This document shows positions 47,599 to 56,920 of a DNA stretch of 59,117 nt, one piece after another (within the stretch, counting starts at the first letter, position 1; each line of letters starts with the position of its first letter). A model generated the notes under the pieces. It did not search any database and had not been told where the DNA came from. It was given only the letters and a program-made list of their open reading frames with translations. A program made the translations under genes and the position numbers. Location of the stretch: assembly GCA_040752695.1 (NCBI GenBank), contig JBFMGO010000002.1:82664-141780 (forward strand), given 5' to 3'. The DNA comes from a bacterium. GTDB taxonomy: Bacteria; SZUA-182; DTGQ01.

Positions 47599-48855
47599 AT
47601 GCTGACAGAAAACTTCATAACATGGTTCATGAGACGCAAGAATGCTCAATACCTTCAGTTTCAGACTGATCAGGGCATTCATCTTCCGGACAACAGCGGG
47701 GATGGGAAATATCTTTTATACGTACATGTGCCTTTTTGTGAAAGGCTCTGCCCTTACTGCTCCTTTAACCGCTATACTTTCGATGAATCCCTGGCCCGAG
47801 ACTACTTTTCGGCGCTTCGGGAGGAGTTGAAAATCTATCGCCGGAAAGGGTACGATTGCAGCGGCGTCTATGTGGGAGGCGGAACACCTACCATCCTTCT
47901 GGATGAGCTGGATCAGACTCTGGCTCTCATCCGCAGGCTGTACTCCGTGCGCGAGGTTTCGGTAGAAACCAATCCCGACCATCTGACCAAAGAAAAGCTG
48001 AACGTATTGAAATGCCAGGGTATCAACCGCCTCTCGGTCGGGGTTCAAAGCTTTAGCGACCTGATCCTTCGCTCCGTGGACCGGTATGAAAAATACGGCA
48101 GCGGCCGGGAAATCCAGGACAGACTCCGCCTGGCGCAGGGGAATTTTGACACCCTGAATGTAGACATGATCTTTAATTTCCCCAATCAGACCATGGCCAT
48201 GCTGGAGCAGGACCTGGATATCCTGATCGACCTTCAGGTCGATCAGGTCACCTTCTATCCCCTGATGGTCTCTTCCTCCACTCAGAAGGCGCTTTCCGAA
48301 AAGCTGGGCAGGGTGGATTACCGGAAGGAGAAAGAATTTTACTTCAAGATCCTCGAAAAACTGTCCGGCCAAATGCAGCCAGCTTCTGCCTGGTGCTTTT
48401 CCAGAACCAGGAGCATGATCGATGAATATATCGTCGATTACGACGAATATGTTGGTGCAGGCAGTGGCGCTTTCGGTTATCTGAACGGGTGCATTTATGC
48501 CAATACCTTTGACCTTGGGCAGTATATCAGGAAACTTCGGCAGGGAAGGTTGCCCCTTGCCTCACAGAGAGCCTTTTCCAAAAAAGAGCGGATGCGCTAC
48601 GATTTCCTCATGAAGCTCTTCGGTCGCAGTCTGAATATCGGGCAACTCGAGACTAAATTTAAGACGAATATCTCTCGATACCTCTGGATGGAGATGGTAT
48701 TCTTTAAACTCCTTGGAGGAACCAAAACCGAGGCAGATCAGATTCTGCTCACCCCAAAGGGCCAGTACTACTGGGTAATCATGATGCGGGAATTCTTTAT
48801 CGGGGTAAACAATTTCCGCGATTATTGCCGCAGTAAAATTTTGTCTCTCTATTAA
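47599..48855 (+). CDS. HemN-like class C radical SAM enzyme, probably menaquinone methyltransferase (MenK/MqnK type)
   Basis: YVHVPFCERLCPYCSF, GGGTPT, QVTFYPLM, C-terminal MMREFF.GVNNFR. Confidence 0.75.
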   Translation: MLTENFITWFMRRKNAQYLQFQTDQGIHLPDNSGDGKYLLYVHVPFCERLCPYCSFNRYTFDESLARDYFSALREELKIYRRKGYDCSGVYVGGGTPTILLDELDQTLALIRRLYSVREVSVETNPDHLTKEKLNVLKCQGINRLSVGVQSFSDLILRSVDRYEKYGSGREIQDRLRLAQGNFDTLNVDMIFNFPNQTMAMLEQDLDILIDLQVDQVTFYPLMVSSSTQKALSEKLGRVDYRKEKEFYFKILEKLSGQMQPASAWCFSRTRSMIDEYIVDYDEYVGAGSGAFGYLNGCIYANTFDLGQYIRKLRQGRLPLASQRAFSKKERMRYDFLMKLFGRSLNIGQLETKFKTNISRYLWMEMVFFKLLGGTKTEADQILLTPKGQYYWVIMMREFFIGVNNFRDYCRSKILSLY

Positions 48856-48889
48856 TATATATGGGGGGAGCGAGTCCCCCCTTTGGCTT

Positions 48890-48960
48890 CGTCAAGACTG
48901 CACCATCAAGACCGCACCCATCAAGGTTACATCACCAAGACTACAGCGTCAAGACTACAC
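48890..48960. repeat. About 14-bp tandem repeat (cgtcaagactacac-like, 5 copies)
   Basis: cgtcaagactgcac, catcaagaccgcac, catcaaggttacat, caccaagactacag, cgtcaagactacac. Confidence 0.8.
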
Positions 48961-49029
48961 TATGGGTATTTCGCTTTTTATCAGTCAAGCAGCCAATCAC
49001 TCAAGAGTGCGAAAGCGGAAGACTTTTCT

Positions 49030-52000
49030 TCACCATTCGAGAGGAAATAAGCCTCCCCGAAATTGATCCCTTGAACCACGATCTTGATAAATTCTCGCGG
49101 GTCGGTCGTTTTCTCCTGATTTGCCGGGCCATCTAACCCATGGTAGAAGCCTGGGGGTAGCGCAGGACTCGTTCGAGGCAAGTGATTCCTGACCGGATGT
49201 ATCTAGCCACGTCACCAGGTAGCAATAATCCGTGCGGTTTATCAGGCCGAAGTCTCCATAGTTCCCATAGCGGGTACGATACCCTTCTTTGATAAGGGTA
49301 TAAGAATCATCTCGATCGGTTTTGCGATAAATGTTATAGCTTATCGCTCCTGGAGGAGGGGTCCATTGAAGGAGAACCTTTCTGTTTGCCGCGCATGTCT
49401 TGAGATTCTGAACCGGTTGATTCTTCACCATACAAGTGGCACTGTAAGAGTGGTTGGCAAGGTTTACGTCGAATTCATTCACAGTCCTCACACATGAGGT
49501 ATTTATGAGCGTACCGCTCTGTATCACTTCTGTCTCTATGTCCATAATCTCATATGAGCCGGGAGGAATTGTTCCTGCTGTCCATATCCCCGTCTTGGAG
49601 TCATACTGTCCCTGTGATGTTATAGAGGAGGAAAAATCCAGCCCTGCAGGCAGGATATCCTTTATGAAAACTTCATGTGCCTGATCAGGACCGTTATTTC
49701 TTGCAACGATGGTGAAAACTACTCTCTCCCCAAGCATCGCTGTCTTCTGATTAACTGTTTTTTGTACGGCCATATCTACCAGGGAAGGATAGATCTGCGT
49801 ATCCTGATCAAGCATTACGCTGGATGTATTATTGGTTATATCCGGATCCCTCTGATCGCACCAGGAAATGGTGGCAGTATTTATCAAACCGGTCTGGTCA
49901 GTCTGCCTGTTCACTTTTGCCTGCACTTTTGCTTGCAGATAAAGCACGGCTTTTGTTCCCACCGGAAGGTTCTCCAAAAGCCAGAGCCCTGTACCTGGAT
50001 CATAAATCCCCCAGGAAGTCTGGCTCGATTGATAGACAAGACCTTCAGGCAATACGTCAGTTACCTGAATACCTGTAGCCATATCCGGCCCGTTGTTCGT
50101 CATCGTAATGGTGAAAGTCACCACCTCTCCAATAGACGGAGTCTTTTGGTCAACGGTTTTCTCTATGGCCAGGTCAGCCTGACTTCCTCCATTGAGGTAC
50201 ACGGCTGAAGAATTATTGGAATGGTCCGGGTCAGGCAGGTCAGAGGCGATAATGCTGCCGATATGTATCACCTCTCCTGCCTGGGCAACCCTGGCCGTAA
50301 GAGAAAGGATCGCCTTATTATCCGGCGGTACAGCCGAAAGATAGCCAATGTTCCATATGCCTGTAGCGGGATCATAGCCGGAGTTATCGTGCAGGTAATG
50401 AAGGCCGGACGGCAGAACGTCTTTCACCTGAATTTCCGAGGCATTACAGGGACCGTTATTGGTTACCGTAATGGTAAAAACCACCTGTTCACCTGTCTTG
50501 TGTCCATCTGATTGCTGCCCGTCTGGTTGCAGGCTCAGATTCTGGTTTATACGCGTTTGGATGGAAAGGTCTGCCTGGCCTTCGACCAGCGTGGTTTCAC
50601 TGACCTGGTTATTGGTATAAACAGGATCGGCGGTATATGAGACTGCCTGAGCGGTAGCGGTTATGGTGCCAGCCTCCTGTGGTGCCGCAGCGACAATTGT
50701 TACGTTTACATTTTCTCCACTGTCCATACCTCCAATCGTGCAGGTTACGGTGCCATATAACTCACTGCAAGTGCCCCTGGTGGAGACTGCCGACTGGAAG
50801 GCAGCCCCTGGCGGTAAAACAACGGTTAAACGTACTCCCTCAGCGAAGGAAGGGCCATTATTCTTCGCCTGAAGAAAATAGATAAGCTCCTGCCCTGTAA
50901 TGACCGGATCAGGTGCATCGCTTATACCGAGCGAGATGTCGGCCCGATTTTGTTCAGGTGGTGGAATCTGTGCAGAGGTCCGCAGAACGCCGGTTGCAGA
51001 AGCTTCAAGTGATGCATCGCCTGACCGTACGGTGACCGTAACTCTTCCCTCCCCGGCGGCAGTAAGATCGGCATTCAAAAGGAGCGCTCCCGTACCCAGA
51101 CCCGGCAGCCGGAATACAGGGATGGTCTGGGTCGGCTGGCTGTCAAGTCCGGTGAGGCTGGCCGTAACCGGGCCATATGCTCCGGTGATGGCAGCGGAGT
51201 AAGCTTCTTCTGTATTGCCTGTATTGTGGATAATCAGCAAAAAGGCAGTAGAGCCGGGTGCAGGAAGGTCAATGGCGTTGGGGTCGAAGTTGACAGCCAG
51301 TCCCCTGGCAGGAGCAATGGTTATTGCTGCCGTGTCACTGTCTTGCACCAATGGATTCCCCCGCGAGGAGGCCAGTGCGGTAAGGTTGAGCGTCCCTTGA
51401 TAGGCAAAGTCTATCTGGCCGAGGGTGATCGTGGCCTGAGCAGTCTGGTCGGGTACCAGGGTTACGGCCTGAGTTCCGATGCTTGCAGCAGGGGCTGCCG
51501 GCCCCCCTAAGGTGAGGTCAAAGGTGTCCTGCACATCACCGGTATTCGTGATGTCCAGTTGGAAGATTCCTGGCGGCAGGCCGGATTTTGGGGTAATAGT
51601 TACGTTGACCCCGTTTTCCAGAACGGCGATGATTCCTGATGCTTCATCACTTACCTGCTGTTGCTGAACAATGGAGGATGCTGTCACCGTAAAGGCGTAA
51701 TCCCCTGCTCCTGTGTCTGCGGCTGGGGTCAGGCTTAAGGAGACTTCCCGGTAGTTATCCAGCCCCGGCGGCACTTCCACCGTAGTTTGACCGAAGCTGT
51801 AACTGAAACCGGCAGGAAACGCACCGGCGAGAGCAAAGCTCTCGGTTACATTTCCCGTGTTGGTCAACCGGACGGAGAATCCGGCCTGTGTCCCCTGCCC
51901 GGCCCAGGCTCGATCCGGGTCTAACCCAAGCACGATGCCGTGGCTGTCATACCTGATCGCGGGAAGGCCCTGAAGGGTCAGGTCGCCGTATACTGAAGCC

Positions 52001-53670
52001 CTGGCACCGGTCGGAGCAGAGGCATTGATGACAAACCCATATTCTCCTTCCGGGGCAAAGGCCTTCGAAATGATGGCCAGAGCAAGCTCGATCCGTCCGG
52101 AGGCAGGAACCGTGACCGAAGAAGGAAGATCGACCCAGTTCCCTGGCAGTCCTTGCAGGGACAGGTCGTAGGTAACTGCTGTGTCTGTCGGGTTGTCTAC
52201 GATCAGGGTATAGGTCACTCGCTCACCCGGTCGGCTTGTGCGTGCGGCAGGTGAAAGGCCGAGAATTTGTCCACCGGCCACCACAAGAGGAGGAAGCGTA
52301 ATCTGCCCGGAATCACCATTTGACAGGGTGAAATCAATGACAGTATCTTGCGTCAGTTGCCTGGTTTCCCCCGGCTGAAGGTCTGTTACCATAAGTTCCC
52401 AGAAATAAACATCGCTTGAGCGGGCAGAAGACAGCGTATCATCCCAGCGCAGGATGTCAAAGTCACTTCCGCTGATGATCTGGGTCGGATGGATGTTAAA
52501 CGAATCAGGGACATAACTGATGCCGCTGTTTTTCGGGATTCTAACCTGCGTGGTCACTGACGTATCGACAAGGCCGCTGAGGTCGTAAATACCAAGCCCT
52601 GCATCGCCTGTGGTATAAAGAGTGTTTCCCGCTACCGTGGTTCCCCATATGAGACCCGGTACACTCATAGTCGTTACGACTAAATCTTGCGGATCATGGG
52701 CATCTGCCAGGATCAAAACCGTCTCATCATCGATGCGGCCAGCACTTACGGTAAAATAGCCGTTGCCTGCTGACACAGGGTGAGCCCATTGGCTTGGTTT
52801 ACTCTGTGTGACTATGTTCTTGATAAGTACTGGATCGTGGGGGCTACTGATATCCACGGTTGAAAGAGTAAGATTGCCGATATAAGCAAAGTCAGGGATG
52901 CCCGGATTTCTCCGGCCCCCGGAACTTCCTGTCACCAGGGCCAGATCGCCTTGAATGGCAACACCCCATAAGTGTACGGTACCTGGTATCTGAAGCTCTT
53001 TGACAATAGTGAGATTGGCTGGATCAGAAATATCTACGACCAAAATCCGTCCAACTCCTGTTTGCGTATCACTCCCTTTGACAGTAGTGGTGGGGACCAG
53101 GGCAATCTGATCATTGACTGCCATCCCCAAGCCAAAATTGTAGGCGCTGCCCCAATCGGGGCCATCCGTGTTTAAAAGTATATCGAGAAATTGTGGATTT
53201 GAAATGTCGCTGAGATCAAAGGAAAGAAAATCACCAAATTGACGGTTGATTACCAACGTATCCGTATTATATTGATATCCGCCAGTACTTGCAAAGGCAG
53301 AGTTGCCGCTCAGGAACATCCAACTTGAAAAATGATAACCACTGTTCGTATGCCCTATCAACGAGGGGTGGTCAGGATCGGCCAGACTGTAAATATCCAC
53401 ATTCGTATATTCACCGTGCAATATCACCAGATTATTGTCAAGGATGTGAGTGCTGTAAATATTATCCGACGGCCCGAAAGTGCCCGTAATTCCCGGATTT
53501 TGTGGATCGCTGATATCGACAATACTTATATTCGTTGATCCGCCCACATAAGCTCGATTGCCATAAATAGCAGCAGTATAGGCTATCCCATCAGTATCCA
53601 CCAACCCTTGAAGAGCAATGGCTGGTTTAGCGAAGTCAATCAATTGATCGATCTGCACGCCCGCAGTCAC
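49030..53670 (-). CDS. C-terminal segment of the giant exoprotein: LVIVD-type repeats, Ig-like/NPCBM-associated modules, four DUF11 domains, FN3
   Basis: ISIVDISDP and ILVVDISDP; (V)xNTGN..(D/E)(S/T)F; DL.I.K...FTIT.TNNGP..A..I.V.D.LP.GL; LQWT...YNIYR. The frame is open upstream of 53670 and there is no signal peptide. Confidence 0.85.
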   Translation of the reverse strand: MTAGVQIDQLIDFAKPAIALQGLVDTDGIAYTAAIYGNRAYVGGSTNISIVDISDPQNPGITGTFGPSDNIYSTHILDNNLVILHGEYTNVDIYSLADPDHPSLIGHTNSGYHFSSWMFLSGNSAFASTGGYQYNTDTLVINRQFGDFLSFDLSDISNPQFLDILLNTDGPDWGSAYNFGLGMAVNDQIALVPTTTVKGSDTQTGVGRILVVDISDPANLTIVKELQIPGTVHLWGVAIQGDLALVTGSSGGRRNPGIPDFAYIGNLTLSTVDISSPHDPVLIKNIVTQSKPSQWAHPVSAGNGYFTVSAGRIDDETVLILADAHDPQDLVVTTMSVPGLIWGTTVAGNTLYTTGDAGLGIYDLSGLVDTSVTTQVRIPKNSGISYVPDSFNIHPTQIISGSDFDILRWDDTLSSARSSDVYFWELMVTDLQPGETRQLTQDTVIDFTLSNGDSGQITLPPLVVAGGQILGLSPAARTSRPGERVTYTLIVDNPTDTAVTYDLSLQGLPGNWVDLPSSVTVPASGRIELALAIISKAFAPEGEYGFVINASAPTGARASVYGDLTLQGLPAIRYDSHGIVLGLDPDRAWAGQGTQAGFSVRLTNTGNVTESFALAGAFPAGFSYSFGQTTVEVPPGLDNYREVSLSLTPAADTGAGDYAFTVTASSIVQQQQVSDEASGIIAVLENGVNVTITPKSGLPPGIFQLDITNTGDVQDTFDLTLGGPAAPAASIGTQAVTLVPDQTAQATITLGQIDFAYQGTLNLTALASSRGNPLVQDSDTAAITIAPARGLAVNFDPNAIDLPAPGSTAFLLIIHNTGNTEEAYSAAITGAYGPVTASLTGLDSQPTQTIPVFRLPGLGTGALLLNADLTAAGEGRVTVTVRSGDASLEASATGVLRTSAQIPPPEQNRADISLGISDAPDPVITGQELIYFLQAKNNGPSFAEGVRLTVVLPPGAAFQSAVSTRGTCSELYGTVTCTIGGMDSGENVNVTIVAAAPQEAGTITATAQAVSYTADPVYTNNQVSETTLVEGQADLSIQTRINQNLSLQPDGQQSDGHKTGEQVVFTITVTNNGPCNASEIQVKDVLPSGLHYLHDNSGYDPATGIWNIGYLSAVPPDNKAILSLTARVAQAGEVIHIGSIIASDLPDPDHSNNSSAVYLNGGSQADLAIEKTVDQKTPSIGEVVTFTITMTNNGPDMATGIQVTDVLPEGLVYQSSQTSWGIYDPGTGLWLLENLPVGTKAVLYLQAKVQAKVNRQTDQTGLINTATISWCDQRDPDITNNTSSVMLDQDTQIYPSLVDMAVQKTVNQKTAMLGERVVFTIVARNNGPDQAHEVFIKDILPAGLDFSSSITSQGQYDSKTGIWTAGTIPPGSYEIMDIETEVIQSGTLINTSCVRTVNEFDVNLANHSYSATCMVKNQPVQNLKTCAANRKVLLQWTPPPGAISYNIYRKTDRDDSYTLIKEGYRTRYGNYGDFGLINRTDYCYLVTWLDTSGQESLASNESCATPRLLPWVRWPGKSGENDRPARIYQDRGSRDQFRGGLFPLEW

Positions 53671-53677
53671 TATCCCA

Positions 53678-56600
53678 TCACCTGGCGGCAGAGCCTCCGG
53701 ATACGAGCCTATGAAAGCAGCTAGGGGGCGATCCGATCAGCAGCGTGCCTTGCCCCACCGCACCGGGGATTGGGTGGCCGGCCAGGTCAGTAGCCACGGC
53801 CTCCAGGGTATAGCTGCCTGCCCCGAATCCGGTCGTGTCTAATGGCGGCTGTAGGTGCGCAGTATCGAGGGAAGATAATACCGTAAGCTCCATTTCCTGT
53901 GGCGTGGAAGTGAAGACAACCGTGTCTGTCGGATCTTTAACCGTGTAATAGACCAGGACTCGTCGGTTCTGGTTTACCGCATTGAGCAGCCTCGCAGAAA
54001 TGGTAATCTGCCCGCCAGGGTCTGTGAAAGATGGATCGGCGGTGACAGAAAGAATCCTGACCAGTTCCTTCCTGGCCGTAAAAGCACCCTGGGCTGTGCG
54101 GGTAATCTCAGAAGCGCCCTCCACCGAGACGGTGACCCCAAAATCAAAGGCGAGCAGTTCTTCGGCTGACTGGGTAAGGGTTGCTATTACATTGGGTCCT
54201 CCGGTACTGGGTATGACCTCCCCTGGAGCCAGAGTGACCGTGGTGCGGTTCAATGATCCCGTGACGCTGGGAGGGAGAGCCGAAAGGCTCAAGTTGTAGG
54301 TAGTAGTCTCGGTCCCTGTGTTGTACAGGAACAGCTCAAAGTCGGTGGGGGTTAAGGGCAGAGCTACGGCATTGTTTGGCCGAAGGGCAACCTCGAAGTT
54401 GTGATCGGCCAGGGAGGAGAGTACGGTTTGAAACGGTGTCAGGACGCTGTTCAGATTATCCAGCGCATCCGGCAGGGTGCCGGGTATGCTGGCTGCAATG
54501 GCGGCTCTGGCTGTGGTAAAATCAGCGGCAAAGGGTGCCAGCAGGGGATCGTCCAGTTGCCCGGCAAGGGTTTCCAATAAAGCCAATGTGCGGCTTTTGT
54601 AAACTTCACTCCCTGGTACCTGATAGAGTTCGGTAAGCGTTGAGCCCAGGCTGCTTAAGGTATATGAAAGCTCTGGTCTACCCATTTGGGCTGCGGCATT
54701 TGAGGCATTTGAAGCAGGCAGTGCGCCGGGGGCGGTTACTTGAATCTGGAGCTGAGAGGTGGCGGCCAGCGGCTCTGACGGAGGACCGTAGGTGGCGGTA
54801 ATGGTAACTTGAAGTATTGTGTTCAGGGGAGTGTCAGCAGTGGGAATAAAAGTAAGGGTTTGGATGACTGAATCTCCGGCATTAAGGCTAACCGGGCTAA
54901 TTATGCCACTGACTGAAATTCCTTCTGAGAGTTGGATGTTCAGGTTAATTTCCTCTGGCACATTTCCCACAGCAGTCAAGGTTAATTTTGTAGAAGCTGA
55001 AGAGCCAGGGGAAGTATTGAGGACCAAGAGATCGTTGAATATATCCACCCCATGAACCTCTGGAATAATAAAGTCCTTACTGTCGGTGGCTGTTATTGCT
55101 GGATCGTTTATACTGGCTACATTGACGCTGAAAGGTGCTAAAGATCCTGGTTGACCTATTTCGTCCATCGGCCGTAGATAGATGCCGGTCTCAACAACTC
55201 CCCCAGATGGGACTGTTAGCTTAGGAAGGCTGCTGACAATTTCAAATCCCGGTGGAATATCTAAAAAAGTAAGATCAAATGTGTCTTCTTCGGGCCCCTG
55301 ATTATAAATCTTGGCCCTAAAAGCTGTAGGGATTAGTGTCTTATTAAATGAAAGTGCAAATAACTCATCTGATACGATTTTGACAGTAACCCCAGGTTCT
55401 GCGCCGGGCGGAAAGATTTCACATTCAGGCAATCCGACTAGTATATCTGGCACAGGAGGATCTGGTGCCTTCCAAATTTGGAGAGCAAGCGCAAATCCAA
55501 TTCCAAAACCGAAAAAAAAAGTAAAAATACCAACTGATTGGGGACTTATAGGTGCTGGTTTAGTAGTAAAGATTGTTGAAGCTTCTGATAATAGTTGACC
55601 GAGTTCATAAAGATAGCTAAACAATAATCCCCCCCCAATACCTACTCCACCACCAAGGGCCCATTGTATAGCTGTTAGTTCACCATTTTGTTCTTCCTTG
55701 TCCCAATGAGGAGCACTATATCTAAATGTTTGCAGCAATGCTCCGACCACAAATCCAGATACAAAACCCAAGAAAAAGCCAGCACCACCAGAGAGTAAGG
55801 CTGTACGTATTATTAATGAGTATTCAATACCTTGATGTCCTCCATCCTCTGTTACAGCAATGACTTCACCGTCCTCCTTAACCTCATACCATGCTGATGA
55901 TAACTCATTATTAATCATTACACTCTTCGATGGTACAATGACCATCTTTCCAGTTGTAAGTGCTTTAGCAATCCTTGCTTTTGCTTCAAGAGAAATATCT
56001 AGTGAATCAATTTGGGCTGAATTAAAAACTGCCATAAGAGGTATCTGTTGAGCTGCGGCTTCTTTTATAATAGTGTGTGCAGATACTATTTGCCCATTCG
56101 GCGTAAACTGTTGGAGTACCAGTGTCTCTAGGATGCTGTCATTAAAACCACGTACTCCATTAAAAATAAAGGATGCTATCTTTACTTGACCGGGAAATGT
56201 AAGAGCACGAATATTAGCTTTACGTATATCAATGAATCTCTTACAAGAAACGCTATTAGAATCTTCTCCGATTAGGTTATTTCCGCAGATGATAATTCTC
56301 GGTGAATTATAGTATGCACGAACGAGATATCGTTGCTGCAATTGCTCCAAATTAGAATCACTTTCATTTATAAAGTAAGCAGCTAAAAAAGAATTTCTCA
56401 AAATTATTCCTTTACGAAAAAAGTTAATGCGGGTATTCAGTACATTCCTGTCTTCAGGAGAATTTAGATTAAGATTTCTATTAATTTGAAGCTGGTCAGC
56501 TTCTGCAATATGTTGTTGAAAGATCGTATACCTATTCTCATATAAGCCGGAATCTTCGAGACCTGGCGAAAGTATTATAGTCATTAGGTCAAGCTCATTG

Positions 56601-56920
56601 ATAACAGGTGGGCCGGATGCATCAATATTGAGATTTGGAGTCCCTCCGTTTTGGCGGACATCAAACCCTATTCGATCAACCAGTGACCGTTCATAGGTTT
56701 CTCTATTCCCACCAGGGGACAATACATCAACTTCCAAGAATAACCCCGTTAAAAATTGGCTTGCCAGCGGAAAATTCGTTAGAAGCTCTTGATAATCTTC
56801 TCCGCGAATAACTGGGTCATCAGAAGTATCTTCATCATCTTGACTAATTATAGCGTAAGGAGAGTATGTATGAGTTACATACCCAAATATAAGTGCAGGC
56901 GGGCTAGTAGGAATTAACAA
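53678..56920 (-). CDS. Middle segment of the giant exoprotein: AT-rich region with Gly-rich hydrophobic helices, then Ig-like modules
   Basis: 1080-aa ORF without RBS or signal peptide; overlaps the upstream ORF out of frame. Confidence 0.8.
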   Translation of the reverse strand: MLIPTSPPALIFGYVTHTYSPYAIISQDDEDTSDDPVIRGEDYQELLTNFPLASQFLTGLFLEVDVLSPGGNRETYERSLVDRIGFDVRQNGGTPNLNIDASGPPVINELDLMTIILSPGLEDSGLYENRYTIFQQHIAEADQLQINRNLNLNSPEDRNVLNTRINFFRKGIILRNSFLAAYFINESDSNLEQLQQRYLVRAYYNSPRIIICGNNLIGEDSNSVSCKRFIDIRKANIRALTFPGQVKIASFIFNGVRGFNDSILETLVLQQFTPNGQIVSAHTIIKEAAAQQIPLMAVFNSAQIDSLDISLEAKARIAKALTTGKMVIVPSKSVMINNELSSAWYEVKEDGEVIAVTEDGGHQGIEYSLIIRTALLSGGAGFFLGFVSGFVVGALLQTFRYSAPHWDKEEQNGELTAIQWALGGGVGIGGGLLFSYLYELGQLLSEASTIFTTKPAPISPQSVGIFTFFFGFGIGFALALQIWKAPDPPVPDILVGLPECEIFPPGAEPGVTVKIVSDELFALSFNKTLIPTAFRAKIYNQGPEEDTFDLTFLDIPPGFEIVSSLPKLTVPSGGVVETGIYLRPMDEIGQPGSLAPFSVNVASINDPAITATDSKDFIIPEVHGVDIFNDLLVLNTSPGSSASTKLTLTAVGNVPEEINLNIQLSEGISVSGIISPVSLNAGDSVIQTLTFIPTADTPLNTILQVTITATYGPPSEPLAATSQLQIQVTAPGALPASNASNAAAQMGRPELSYTLSSLGSTLTELYQVPGSEVYKSRTLALLETLAGQLDDPLLAPFAADFTTARAAIAASIPGTLPDALDNLNSVLTPFQTVLSSLADHNFEVALRPNNAVALPLTPTDFELFLYNTGTETTTYNLSLSALPPSVTGSLNRTTVTLAPGEVIPSTGGPNVIATLTQSAEELLAFDFGVTVSVEGASEITRTAQGAFTARKELVRILSVTADPSFTDPGGQITISARLLNAVNQNRRVLVYYTVKDPTDTVVFTSTPQEMELTVLSSLDTAHLQPPLDTTGFGAGSYTLEAVATDLAGHPIPGAVGQGTLLIGSPPSCFHRLVSGGSAAR

